Source: Patescibacteria group bacterium (lineage in GTDB: Bacteria > Patescibacteriota > Minisyncoccia > Ryanbacterales > GWA2-47-10b). Taken from it: a stretch of DNA of 44,331 bases. The translations under genes and the position numbers were made by a program. The stretch covers positions 1-44,331 of the forward strand of contig JBBTUF010000008.1 of assembly GCA_038063855.1 (NCBI GenBank). The letters are read 5' to 3'. The notes under the pieces are model-generated. The model did no database searches. It had not been told where the DNA came from and saw nothing but the letters and a program-made list of their open reading frames with translations. Within the stretch, counting starts at the first letter, position 1. Each line of letters starts with the position of its first letter. Below are positions 18,501 to 26,779 of the stretch, piece by piece.

Positions 18501-18519
18501 CAATGTTAACAAAGTTAAC
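18496..18519. promoter_or_regulatory. TTAACAATG / GTTAAC repeat cluster (site B) upstream of recombinase 2
   Basis: attaacaatgttaacaaagttaac overlaps the stop of the P-loop gene, about 150 nt upstream of the recombinase ATG. Confidence 0.4.
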
Positions 18520-18670
18520 ATTCCCTAGGGTATTGGTATAATAAAAATGCTTAGAAGTGGTGGACTTGAAACTATTATCAATTCGCAATATATTTATTTC
18601 AGCACCAGAGCTTCATCACTTCTAAGCAATTTGATGGTTTCAGCTCTGGTGCTTTTAGTTGCTTAAAAAT

Positions 18671-20353
18671 ATGGACAATCATGACATTAAATATTTTCTC
18701 TATGCAAGAAGATCGGTAGAGAAAAAAGACGGGGAGGAAAAAATTATCTCTGTTGAATCACAGCTCAAGGAAATGCGTGAACTTGGAAAGCGAGAAGGCT
18801 TGAAAATTATAAAAACCTTCGAAGAAACAAAGTCTGCAAAGTATCCTGGTCGTCCTGTATTTGGTGAGATGATAAAGAGAATTCAAAAAGGTGAAGCTCA
18901 AGGTATTATCTGCTTCAAGATTGATAGATTGGCTCGTAATCCTTTAGACGAGGGTACTGTTAAATATCTCTTGCGAGAAAGAATTATCAAACACATTAGA
19001 GCTTCCGATAGAAGTTGGTTTCCTGAAGATAATGCTCTCATCGCTTCTGTAGAGTTTGGTGTTGCAGATCAGTTTTCTCGTGATCTTGGTAAGCACGTTA
19101 AAAGAGGTATTCGGGTAAAGCTTGAAAAGGGTGATAGGCCTGGTGTTGCTCCTCTAGGTTACAAAAACAGCAAGCTTCGACTTAAGGGAGAAGAAACTGT
19201 ACTGGTTGATGAGGAACGCTTTCCTCTTGTACGCAAGATATTTGACTTCTTGCTTAGTGGTAAATATTCAGCCCTTGCTATATGGAAAATTGCAACCAAT
19301 GATTGGCTATTAAGAAATCGTAGGGGTGGAAAAATTGCTCGATCTCAAGTTTACAACATCCTCTCAAATCCTTACTACTACGGCATGTTTGAGTGGCCTG
19401 TGGGTTCTGGTACTTGGTACAAAGGGAACCACACTCCAATGATCACCGAAGAAGAATATGATGTTGTTCAATACCTTTTAGGCAGAAAGGGACAACCCAG
19501 ACCTAAGACTCATATCTTTGCTTATACAGGCCTGATGAAATGCGGCCAGTGTGGAGCTTCAATTACAGCTTCAGAAAAATGGAAGCATCAACGAAACGGC
19601 AATGTCCATCATTACATTTATTACCATTGCACAAGAAGAGTGAGTCCTGGTTGCACACAAATCGCTGTTACTGAAAAAGCTCTTGAAAAAGAAATTCTTG
19701 ATTTCCTTAGCCGCATTGAAATACCTCCCGAATTCCATGAATGGGCTATTGAAGAATTGAAAATACGGCATGAACGGGAAAAGAAGGATCGAAACAGTGT
19801 ACTTCACAATCAGCAATTAGCTTACGATAAGGTAATTTCCGATCTTGATATGATATTAGAACTACGCATGGCTAAGGAATTGACTGCGGAAGATTATGCG
19901 GTGAAAAAAGCAAAACTGGAAAAAGATAAACTCACACTCAAGAAAAATCTCGATACAGTTGATGAAAGAGTGGATCAGTGGTTGGAAAAAGCAGAGGAGT
20001 TCTATTCTTTAGCGGAGACAGCACGAGCTGAATTCCAAGCTGGCGATTTAGAGAAGCGGAAAAGTATCTTTGCCAAGCTAGGTTCGCACCACTTGCTTAG
20101 AGACAAAATACTAACAATACAAACGGAAAAACCGGTTTTGGTCATAGAAAGATCCGCAAATGAAGTACGCCGGATTCACGAGAGGTTGGAACCGACAAAA
20201 AATGTTGCAGACAAAGAACAACTAAAGAAACTGTACTCAAAAAATCTTACTCTGTGCGCGGGAGAGGACTCGAACCTCCACGGGATTGCTCCCACATGCC
20301 CCTCAAGCATGCACGGCTACCAGTTACGTCACCCGCGCGTATCTATATTGTAA
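18671..20353 (+). CDS. Large serine recombinase, paralogue of 4838..6472
   Basis: KYFLYARRSVEKKD..., GIICFKIDRLARN, CGQCGAS...YYHCTRR and a coiled coil. The ATG at codon 5 of the track ORF was used. The last 33 codons are antisense to tRNA-Leu and 15 nt beyond it. Confidence 0.9.
   Translation: MDNHDIKYFLYARRSVEKKDGEEKIISVESQLKEMRELGKREGLKIIKTFEETKSAKYPGRPVFGEMIKRIQKGEAQGIICFKIDRLARNPLDEGTVKYLLRERIIKHIRASDRSWFPEDNALIASVEFGVADQFSRDLGKHVKRGIRVKLEKGDRPGVAPLGYKNSKLRLKGEETVLVDEERFPLVRKIFDFLLSGKYSALAIWKIATNDWLLRNRRGGKIARSQVYNILSNPYYYGMFEWPVGSGTWYKGNHTPMITEEEYDVVQYLLGRKGQPRPKTHIFAYTGLMKCGQCGASITASEKWKHQRNGNVHHYIYYHCTRRVSPGCTQIAVTEKALEKEILDFLSRIEIPPEFHEWAIEELKIRHEREKKDRNSVLHNQQLAYDKVISDLDMILELRMAKELTAEDYAVKKAKLEKDKLTLKKNLDTVDERVDQWLEKAEEFYSLAETARAEFQAGDLEKRKSIFAKLGSHHLLRDKILTIQTEKPVLVIERSANEVRRIHERLEPTKNVADKEQLKKLYSKNLTLCAGEDSNLHGIAPTCPSSMHGYQLRHPRVSIL
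20255..20338 (-). tRNA. tRNA-Leu: tRNA-Leu(GAG), class II with a long variable arm, no encoded CCA
   Basis: GCGCGGGTGACGTAACTGGTAGCCGTGCATGCTTGAGGGGCATGTGGGAGCAATCCCGTGGAGGTTCGAGTCCTCTCCCGCGCA. The acceptor GCGCGGG/CCCGCGC is perfect and the anticodon loop is TTGAGGG. Confidence 0.9.
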
Positions 20354-21008
20354 GACCCACTATAGCTAAAGCTTTTTCAATTTTCAACCGCTTTCTTTTT
20401 AAGCACACCTTATGTTTGCTATAATACATCGCTTTTAAGATTTTTAATGATTCTCTTTTCCCATATTTTATTTGAAGCGTACTTTTTTTTCTGCCACTGT
20501 AATTAATATGCCCTTTTATATGAATACGCTTTTGAATTTCTTTGCGAATCCATACGATATATCTTTCGCTCGCTGAAATGAAGCATGTATAGAACATAAA
20601 ACTTGAGCGCCAACGAGGATCATAGTACGAATAAAATGTGCCGTCGCCATCAAACGACCCTCGTAAAAAATCGAAAAAATATTTTTTTGGTATATCGATT
20701 TCCCCAAGAGTACGCGACTTCGCTGGAGTCAAGCCAATAGCAAGAAGGAATTTATAAAAAAGTACGTCTCCGAACTGTACACGATAATATCGCTTCTTGC
20801 TCGACCCTGAGCCTTTTGTTCCAATTTTTACTTTTATTTTTAAACAGTGTAATATGTTCTCGAGTTGATCTCGATCTTTCGATGTTATATCAATATGCCG
20901 CCCATCATTCAGTAAACATCCATCAGTCGTAATAAGTCCAATTGCATAGGCAAATTCTGGCGACCATTCTATTTTGACATTACCCTTTGGCTTTGACCCA
21001 GGTTTCAT
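20343..21008 (-). CDS. LAGLIDADG homing endonuclease (two-motif, free-standing)
   Basis: FAYAIGLITTDGC and FLRGSFDGDGT. It ends 4 nt before the 5' end of tRNA-Leu. Confidence 0.85.
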   Translation of the reverse strand: MKPGSKPKGNVKIEWSPEFAYAIGLITTDGCLLNDGRHIDITSKDRDQLENILHCLKIKVKIGTKGSGSSKKRYYRVQFGDVLFYKFLLAIGLTPAKSRTLGEIDIPKKYFFDFLRGSFDGDGTFYSYYDPRWRSSFMFYTCFISASERYIVWIRKEIQKRIHIKGHINYSGRKKSTLQIKYGKRESLKILKAMYYSKHKVCLKRKRLKIEKALAIVGLTI

Positions 21009-21081
21009 GCCACGTATTATACCTCAAGCTTATAGCGTCTGCCAATAAAAATCCCTTAAATTCATTTAAAAAAGCGAGGAG

Positions 21082-21504
21082 TTATTCCTCGCTTTTTGAT
21101 TCTTCTGTTTTTGCTTTGCTGCCTGAACCTTCCCCGTCTCGACCTGGTCGATCCGAGGCAGACGCGGTGAATCGTGTTTGACGCATTTTCTTGCGCGTAT
21201 CGCGTGCCGCTTTCTCGCGAATGTAATACAATTTTGCTCGGCGTACTCGAGTAGCTCGACGAGTAATTTCAACTTTTTCAATAATTGGAGAGTGAATTGG
21301 AAATACGCGCTCAACGCCAACGCCGGCCGAAACTTTGCGAACGGTAAATGTGCCCGTTGCGCCAACACCATGTTTTGTCGCAATAATAATACCTTCAAAT
21401 GTTTGCAAGCGTGTTTTTTCACCCTCACGAACTTTCTGTACAACGCGCACCGTATCGCCAGGCTTTATTTCAGTCTTCCAGTTAATGGTTTCGCTTGGTT
21501 TCAT
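21082..21504 (-). CDS. rplS: 50S ribosomal protein L19 with a C-terminal extension
   Basis: [29 protein letters not shown]...[18 protein letters not shown]. An acidic/Ser-rich tail of about 25 aa follows. Confidence 0.9.
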   Translation of the reverse strand: MKPSETINWKTEIKPGDTVRVVQKVREGEKTRLQTFEGIIIATKHGVGATGTFTVRKVSAGVGVERVFPIHSPIIEKVEITRRATRVRRAKLYYIREKAARDTRKKMRQTRFTASASDRPGRDGEGSGSKAKTEESKSEE

Positions 21505-21524
21505 ATGAACTTCTTTATATCATA

Positions 21525-22235
21525 CTACACGCCATTACGCAATTGCTTGAGCGTGCCTGCAAGATCTTTTGGTAGTGGCGCCTCAACATGAATCTTTGTG
21601 CCTTTTGTATTGATAAACTCAATACTTGATGCATGTAAAAATTGCCGGCCAAGCCCCGCGGGACATAAAAAGCGCTTACCACCGTAAAGAGAATCACATA
21701 CAACTGGATGACCGAGATGCGCCAGGTGTGAGCGAATTTGATGCGTACGGCCAGTTTTCGGCTCTACCAAAAGAAGTGTGAAAGAATCCTTCGACGAGCT
21801 CAGGACAAATCGCTCAACAACTTTGTAATGTGTTATAGCTTCGCGACTCCTTCCTTGTTTGCCGCCAACAACTCGTTTTTCAAAATGCTTTGTCGAGCGC
21901 GCAATTGGAGCGTCAATAATACCTGAATCTTTTTTTACAGCTCCCACCACAAGCGCGCTATATTTTTTATGAACGCCGCGAGCTTGAAAAAGTTTTTTTA
22001 AATGTTCAAATGATTTTTGATTTCGGGCAATTAGTAAAACGCCCGAGGTGTCGCGATCGAGCCGATGTACAATGCCTGACCGAATTATGTCTTCGCCAAC
22101 ACCTTCGATCTCTGGATAATTCTCGAGCAACCAATCGACAACCGTGCCCGACATGTGCCGAGCATCGTGATGCACTACCATGCCAGCCGGTTTTGCTATC
22201 GCGATAATATCTTTGTCCTTATAAATTATTTTCAT
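21525..22235 (-). CDS. RluA-family pseudouridine synthase
   Basis: HRLDRDTSGVLLIAR catalytic motif and ...GRTHQIRSHL. Confidence 0.85.
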   Translation of the reverse strand: MKIIYKDKDIIAIAKPAGMVVHHDARHMSGTVVDWLLENYPEIEGVGEDIIRSGIVHRLDRDTSGVLLIARNQKSFEHLKKLFQARGVHKKYSALVVGAVKKDSGIIDAPIARSTKHFEKRVVGGKQGRSREAITHYKVVERFVLSSSKDSFTLLLVEPKTGRTHQIRSHLAHLGHPVVCDSLYGGKRFLCPAGLGRQFLHASSIEFINTKGTKIHVEAPLPKDLAGTLKQLRNGV

Positions 22236-22309
22236 AACTCAATCAGTAAAATAATGCCTAATTTTTTCAGCTTAACCCAAAGGGCTCCGACGCTGCAAAA
22301 AATTACTTA

Positions 22310-22723
22310 TTATTTTACTGCTCTTATTCTCTCGGCTATTGTTTTAATATCTTCTTTTGGTGGATTTGAAACTACGGAGTGGATTGACGAGCCGCCATCG
22401 CCCTGCCAGCGTGGAATAATATGAAAATGTACATGATCAACCGCCTGCCCCGCCCACTTGCCGTGATTGATACCAAGCGTAAAACCATCGGGAGCAAGTG
22501 AACTCTTTATCATACCAACTACAATTTGCACGCGCTCAAAAAATGGGCCAACATTTTCTTTTTGCATATCGAGAATATTTTCTGCATGTATCTTTGGAAT
22601 CACAAGCGTATGCCCTGGCGAGCGAGGTATGTTATCAAGAAACGCATATACAACATCGTCTTCGTACACACATTCGGTCGCAATTTCTTTTTTAATAAAC
22701 TTACAAAAAATACAGGTTTCCAT
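22310..22723 (-). CDS. HIT-family (histidine triad) protein
   Basis: CIFCKFI... and HVHFHIIPR. The internal Met (METCIFC) was chosen as the start. Confidence 0.8.
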   Translation of the reverse strand: METCIFCKFIKKEIATECVYEDDVVYAFLDNIPRSPGHTLVIPKIHAENILDMQKENVGPFFERVQIVVGMIKSSLAPDGFTLGINHGKWAGQAVDHVHFHIIPRWQGDGGSSIHSVVSNPPKEDIKTIAERIRAVK

Positions 22724-22833
22724 ATTGGTTCGTAATAAACTCAAACTGCTCTTGCAACCCAGATAAAATATAAAAAGAGCCGCCTCGAGAAGAGAGAGCG
22801 GCGGCGATAAAAACACTACTATCTACAAAAACC

Positions 22834-23010
22834 TTAGTTTTTTGCATAGTAATCACGGGACAATTGTTTGCGTGTTTTCTTTGCAGTTGATTTTACTGCC
22901 CGCCAATTTCGTTCGTCAATATTAAAATCAAGCGACTTTTTTAGTGTTCGCTTTACAATATTTAATTCAGCCTCTATATTTAAAATTTTTGATTGCAACG
23001 ATTCAGCCAT
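22834..23010 (-). CDS. Possible small coiled-coil protein (58 aa)
   Basis: Hand-translated ORF MAESLQSKILNIEAELNIVKRTLKK..., below the track cutoff. Confidence 0.3.
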   Translation of the reverse strand: MAESLQSKILNIEAELNIVKRTLKKSLDFNIDERNWRAVKSTAKKTRKQLSRDYYAKN

Positions 23011-23088
23011 GCGTGCATTATAGCAAAATACTACGAGAAAGCAAAGCTAATTGTAGCCTTACAAAAAATACAGGTTTCCATTTTTTTA

Positions 23089-25599
23089 TTATAACCCAGC
23101 AATATCTTCTTTGCTAAAGGTAAATGTGTCACCGCGCTTGAGCGCGCCCTCCAAAATCTTTTTGGCGATTATTTGCTCAACGCGGTCGGCAATGGCACGG
23201 CGCATGGGGCGCGCGCCAAACGCAGGGTCATACCCAAGCTCTACAACACGCCGCGCGAGTTCTTCAGTGGGTTCAAAATGCATTTCATTTATTTCGAGCT
23301 TGAGTTTTAATTCTTTGAGTAACAACATCGCTACTTGCACCAACTGCTCTTTACTCAACGGATGATACACCACAATCGCATCAAAACGGTTTAAAAGCTC
23401 CGGCGAAAAAATGCCGTCTGCACGAATTCGATCAACAACTTCACTTTGAATTTTTGATGGGTCACGTCCCGCCTTCAGCATATCCCACACAAGGTCAGAC
23501 CCTGCATTTGAAGTAGCAATTATCATAGCCTCGCGTGCTGATACACGTTTGCCTGCTCCATCAGAGAAAAGCCCCTCATCAAGAATTTGCAAAAATAGAT
23601 TGTGGACCTCATGTGATGCTTTTTCAAATTCATCGAAAAGCAACAACGAAAACGGCCTCTCGCGAAGGCGCGATGCAAGTATACCCGGCTCTTTCGAGTC
23701 GTACGCTCCAATGAGTTTTCGAATGCCTTCTTCACCATGATATTCCGACATATCAAATCGAATCATTGCGTCCGTCCCGCCAAAATACATCTCGGCAAGC
23801 GCTTTGGCAGTTTCGGTTTTCCCGACTCCCGTAGGGCCGAGCAACAAAAATGACCCCACCGGTCGCGTACCAGTTTTGAGACCCGATCGCGCACGGCGCA
23901 ACGCATCAGAAATTGCTTTGATTGCAAATTCTTGATCGATCATGCGCGTATGAAGTAAATCTTCCATATGCAAAAGTTTATCGCGCTCGCCTGCTTCTGC
24001 TTGCAGTGTTGGAATATGTGTTCGCTTTTGAACTATTGCATCAATATCGTCTGGCATAATAAATGTTGTATCTGCTGAAACGGCTGAAGCAACTTCATCG
24101 AGGAGATCAATTGCTTTCTCGGGCATCGCGCCCGTCGTAATAAAACGATCGGCAAGTTCATACGCCCGCAACACCGCTTTGTATGTATAAAACTTCCCGC
24201 TCCGCGGCTCGAGTATATCAAGAGAATCTTCAAGCATGCGAAGTGCGCGATCGCGATTTGGCTCTTCGATCTCAACGCGCTCAAATAATTTCATAATTCT
24301 TCCGTTTGGCTCGAGCTCTTTATGAAATGCCGCTTTATCAGAAAGCGCAATTGCCTGAATGCTCGCACCGGAAAAATATGGCTCAAGTATTTCCATAATG
24401 TCAGTACCCAGCTCAAAACTCGATGCAATGAACCCCGGCAAATTCTCGAGCACTACTATAATATTGCCGGCTGCAACCGCTTCATTTAAAAGCTTGATGA
24501 TGAGCTCCTCGTATGCACCTTTTGTTTTCGTTGCGGCAGTAAGACCAGAGCCATCAAGCACCACCACACGTTTATGTTCGAGTGCGGGCACCGTGGTTCC
24601 TTCACGAATGCGCGATGCGAGGCCCTCGAGCACGGCATGCTTGCCAACACCTTCTTCGCCTACCAGCAAAATGTTTGCCTCGTACGATCGCGACAATACA
24701 TCTTCAATCGCCTTTATCTCGTCGCGCCGCGCCTCGCGCGACAATCGCGTTGTGCTGTAGGCAAGATCGTGCGAATATCGATCGAGTGTAAATGTGTAAC
24801 CAAAACCAAAATCTTTTCCGATGCCCTGAATGCGCGAAAGATTTTCCACGCTCCACCACATCTCTCGAGCGCGCTCGGTATCAAGCATATCTTCAACCCA
24901 CAGAGCGGCACCCGATAAATCTTCCTTTTTGATTTTCATTTCAAACAAAAGCTTTGCAAATGCTTTATCATAATTCATAAGCGTCTCAAGAATATCGGCC
25001 GCATATATTGTATTTGATTTTTTTGCAACAGCAGATGCACATATTGTTTCAATGAATAATTCTGATTGCACCTGTATTACCCCTCGCTCTGCGTTCATAC
25101 AATCGACGTAGGCTGATCCGTCAATACCAAGTCGCAATAAAAGAATGTTTGTAAATTTACTCTCCGCAAAAGCCATTAAAACTTCGCGAAATTGTAACGG
25201 CCGATTACGTAAGAGTTGAGCATTCATAAAAATACGCAAAGCCTCGGAGCTCGCAAAAAATTCTGTATCTCCTCGCGCAATAAATCGTGCGGGCGCCAGG
25301 TACGATCGATAATAAAACTCAAGCAATAAGCACGGAAATACTATACTAAAAATAATGAGTACAAATCCGGCTACTTGCCACACAGGCAACTCCGCCAACA
25401 TGAGCGCTTTGTCTGCTGGGATTCGCGGTGCAATTGCGTACCGCACAAACGCAAATAACAAAAGTACAAAAATCGAAAATAAAAAGAGCGAAAACAAAAT
25501 CCGTGTTAGTTTTTTTCGCGCGCTCGAACCAAACACCGTATCGAGACGCAATACACGCATTGAAAGTGGGAGTGAATCGAGAATATTAATATCGGTCAT
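23089..25599 (-). CDS. ClpB/ClpC-like AAA+ ATPase with an N-terminal membrane anchor
   Basis: Two N-terminal TM helices. NBD1 has GEEGVGKH and IIVVLENL (degenerate). NBD2 has GPTGVGKT and LLLFDEFEKA (canonical). The sensor/arginine region GARPMRR is present. Confidence 0.85.
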   Translation of the reverse strand: MTDINILDSLPLSMRVLRLDTVFGSSARKKLTRILFSLFLFSIFVLLLFAFVRYAIAPRIPADKALMLAELPVWQVAGFVLIIFSIVFPCLLLEFYYRSYLAPARFIARGDTEFFASSEALRIFMNAQLLRNRPLQFREVLMAFAESKFTNILLLRLGIDGSAYVDCMNAERGVIQVQSELFIETICASAVAKKSNTIYAADILETLMNYDKAFAKLLFEMKIKKEDLSGAALWVEDMLDTERAREMWWSVENLSRIQGIGKDFGFGYTFTLDRYSHDLAYSTTRLSREARRDEIKAIEDVLSRSYEANILLVGEEGVGKHAVLEGLASRIREGTTVPALEHKRVVVLDGSGLTAATKTKGAYEELIIKLLNEAVAAGNIIVVLENLPGFIASSFELGTDIMEILEPYFSGASIQAIALSDKAAFHKELEPNGRIMKLFERVEIEEPNRDRALRMLEDSLDILEPRSGKFYTYKAVLRAYELADRFITTGAMPEKAIDLLDEVASAVSADTTFIMPDDIDAIVQKRTHIPTLQAEAGERDKLLHMEDLLHTRMIDQEFAIKAISDALRRARSGLKTGTRPVGSFLLLGPTGVGKTETAKALAEMYFGGTDAMIRFDMSEYHGEEGIRKLIGAYDSKEPGILASRLRERPFSLLLFDEFEKASHEVHNLFLQILDEGLFSDGAGKRVSAREAMIIATSNAGSDLVWDMLKAGRDPSKIQSEVVDRIRADGIFSPELLNRFDAIVVYHPLSKEQLVQVAMLLLKELKLKLEINEMHFEPTEELARRVVELGYDPAFGARPMRRAIADRVEQIIAKKILEGALKRGDTFTFSKEDIAGL

Positions 25600-25603
25600 G
25601 ATG

Positions 25604-25993
25604 TTATGAAACTATCAACCATAGACCAATAAAAAAACTAGCGGGTATTGTAATGGGAGCCGCAACATACAACAAAAAACTAGCGCCTCCAATACATACA
25701 GCGACTGCCTGAGCAAACACCCCAACTGCGATAACAATGAGCCGAACGATTGCGCCAACCAAGCGCATTAATGTATTGATAATAAAAACCTCAAACCAAT
25801 TTTGCGGATCAAAACCTCGAGTTCGTCTTTCTTGAATGCGATGGAATGGAGCAAAGAGACTTGCGAGTAGTGTTGGGATCGAAAAATAATGAAATAAAAA
25901 CCAGTGAATGTTCCCCCATGCGCGCGTAAATTCCACAACACCAAGACTGTAGTGCCATGAAAGATACTCGCCTAAAAGCATGCCCAATGCCAT
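25604..25993 (-). CDS. Membrane protein (129 aa), co-oriented with the Clp-like gene
   Basis: Hydrophobic helices. Its stop lies 4 nt before the Clp start. Confidence 0.45.
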   Translation of the reverse strand: MALGMLLGEYLSWHYSLGVVEFTRAWGNIHWFLFHYFSIPTLLASLFAPFHRIQERRTRGFDPQNWFEVFIINTLMRLVGAIVRLIVIAVGVFAQAVAVCIGGASFLLYVAAPITIPASFFIGLWLIVS

Positions 25994-26044
25994 GCTTTTA
26001 GTATATCATGCGCTTGTGCGACATTCACGCGCTAAGGCGTCGTA

Positions 26045-26743
26045 TTACGCGCCAAAGCGACGCTCGCGTTTTTTGAAATCGGCTATCGCCTCCTCAAAAT
26101 CCGCAACCGTAAAATCCGGCCACATTTTTTCTTCAAAGCGTAACTGTGCATCAGCTGTATCCCACATCATAAAGCCAGCCGACAAGTGTGGATCTCCTCC
26201 CGTACGAATGACAAGGTCAACAGGCGGCAAATCACGCGTCCATAAAAAATCTTTTGGTGTAGTAAAATTCCCCTTTGAAACACCTGCTTTTTTAAACGCG
26301 CTTATCATTTCTGTTTTGCCGTCATAACACAAAAGAAGATTAACTACGTGTTTTTTGCGGTTTTTTGTTTCCTCTATTATTTTTTCACCAAGGGTAACAA
26401 GTTTTTTTGGAAACCTCTCTCTCCACTCTCCCAAGATAGACACTCGAACATCATATTTTTCTAAATTAGGACTTTTGGCAGCTTTCATTAAAACCTTTGA
26501 AAATGTGTCCAAAAGAAATTTTACTTCGCGCGGTGGCCTTTTATCGATATTATCAACACTCATCCCCCAAAACGAAAGGCAATACACATTTTGTTCAAAT
26601 GCAGATTTAAGAATTTTTTCAAATGTTTTTGCGCCTTCAGCATGCCCCATCCACGGCATCTTGCCACGCGCCTTTGCCCACCTGCGATTTCCGTCAGGGA
26701 TAATAGCTACATGGCCTACCAAATGTTTTTGCATATCTTCCAT
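26045..26743 (-). CDS. uppS: Undecaprenyl-diphosphate synthase (isoprenyl transferase)
   Basis: HVAIIPDGNRRWA, SFWGMSVDN and RTGGDPHLSAGFMMW. Confidence 0.9.
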   Translation of the reverse strand: MEDMQKHLVGHVAIIPDGNRRWAKARGKMPWMGHAEGAKTFEKILKSAFEQNVYCLSFWGMSVDNIDKRPPREVKFLLDTFSKVLMKAAKSPNLEKYDVRVSILGEWRERFPKKLVTLGEKIIEETKNRKKHVVNLLLCYDGKTEMISAFKKAGVSKGNFTTPKDFLWTRDLPPVDLVIRTGGDPHLSAGFMMWDTADAQLRFEEKMWPDFTVADFEEAIADFKKRERRFGA

Positions 26744-26779
26744 AGTATAGCGGATATAACGCAGCTGGGGGAAAAAAAT

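Larger units (their letters stand above)
12327..20353 (+). mobile_element. Putative integrative element 2 at tRNA-Leu(GAG). The left limit is approximate.
   Basis: AT-rich cargo (HEPN-like pair, UDG-like gene, small ORFs), a DUF3631-like P-loop protein and a serine recombinase paralogous to that of element 1. It ends over tRNA-Leu. Confidence 0.5.

Noticed and set aside
23111-25609. Many 60-130-aa ORFs antisense to or out of frame with the Clp-like gene
   Set aside because: They lie entirely inside a well-supported 836-aa AAA+ gene and have no motifs. Similar shadow ORFs inside valS, pyrB, the recombinases and the Mur ligase were ignored for the same reason.
26744-26779. An istB-distal inverted repeat of the IS in the 36 nt before uppS
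   Set aside because: No convincing match to TGTAAGTTTT or TGTAAGATGTG was found there. The end is left undefined rather than forced.
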